51,835 nt of DNA from contig NW_021833984.1 of assembly GCF_006345805.1 (NCBI RefSeq), positions 1-51,835 of the forward strand, written 5' to 3'. A program made the translations under genes and the position numbers. This document shows, piece by piece, positions 51,258 to 51,835 of this stretch. The notes beneath the pieces are model-generated. The model was given only the letters and a program-made list of their open reading frames with translations, had not been told where the DNA came from and did no database searches. The DNA is from Octopus sinensis (Eukaryota). Each line of letters opens with the position of its first letter. Position 1 is the stretch's first letter.

Positions 51258-51835
51258 CATACATACATACATACATACATGCATGCATGCATGCATACAT
51301 ACATACATGCATACATACATACATGCATACATACATACATGCATACATACATACATACATACATACATACATACATACATACATACATACATAAGTCAAG
51401 TCATAAATAATGGTCAACACATTTTTTTGCATTGTAAATACATATACATATACATACACAGGCACACACATATATATGTGTGTGTGTGTGCATATAAATA
51501 TATATACACACACATATACATGATCACAGAAACCCGTACATGCATATAAACATACGCGTGAACATGTATGCTAAAACTTAATAATAACGAGTAAAAGATT
51601 GCACATGCACACATTACGTTCATACATACATACATACATACATACACACATGTAAAATATAAATATATATACATATATATAAATATATATATGTCTGTCT
51701 GTATGTATGTATGTATGTATGTATGTATGTATGTATGTATGTATGTATGTATGTATGTATGTATGTATATACACACACACACTATATTTAAACGTATTAT
51801 CGGAGTTTGTCTGTCTCTAAGCGTAACGTTTAGCG

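Overview
Eukaryotic, AT-rich, microsatellite- and SINE-saturated intronic/intergenic DNA. The repeat landscape strongly suggests an octopus (coleoid cephalopod) genome; this is recalled from family features, not from a search. No long genuine ORF is present, and nearly all entries in the ORF track are microsatellite or SINE read-throughs. The window holds at least five tRNA- or LINE-tail-derived SINE families and remnants of mariner, pogo/Tigger and hAT elements. It also holds L1/Tx1-, R4/Dong- and CR1-type LINE fragments, Penelope-like (PLE) fragments and a 724-bp foldback element with a telomere-like core. Three YY1-type promoter/first-exon candidates (two with an ETS site) and several short candidate exons could not be assigned to a named gene. 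The main highlight is five minimal type-I hammerhead-ribozyme motifs in four unrelated sequence contexts; the best, at 29055-29099, has a perfect stem I, a palindromic stem III and a GUC site. Other highlights are SINE multimers joined at one recurrent palindromic junction and inserted as single units, a start codon apparently created by splicing (A|TG), and a 52-nt miRNA-like hairpin.
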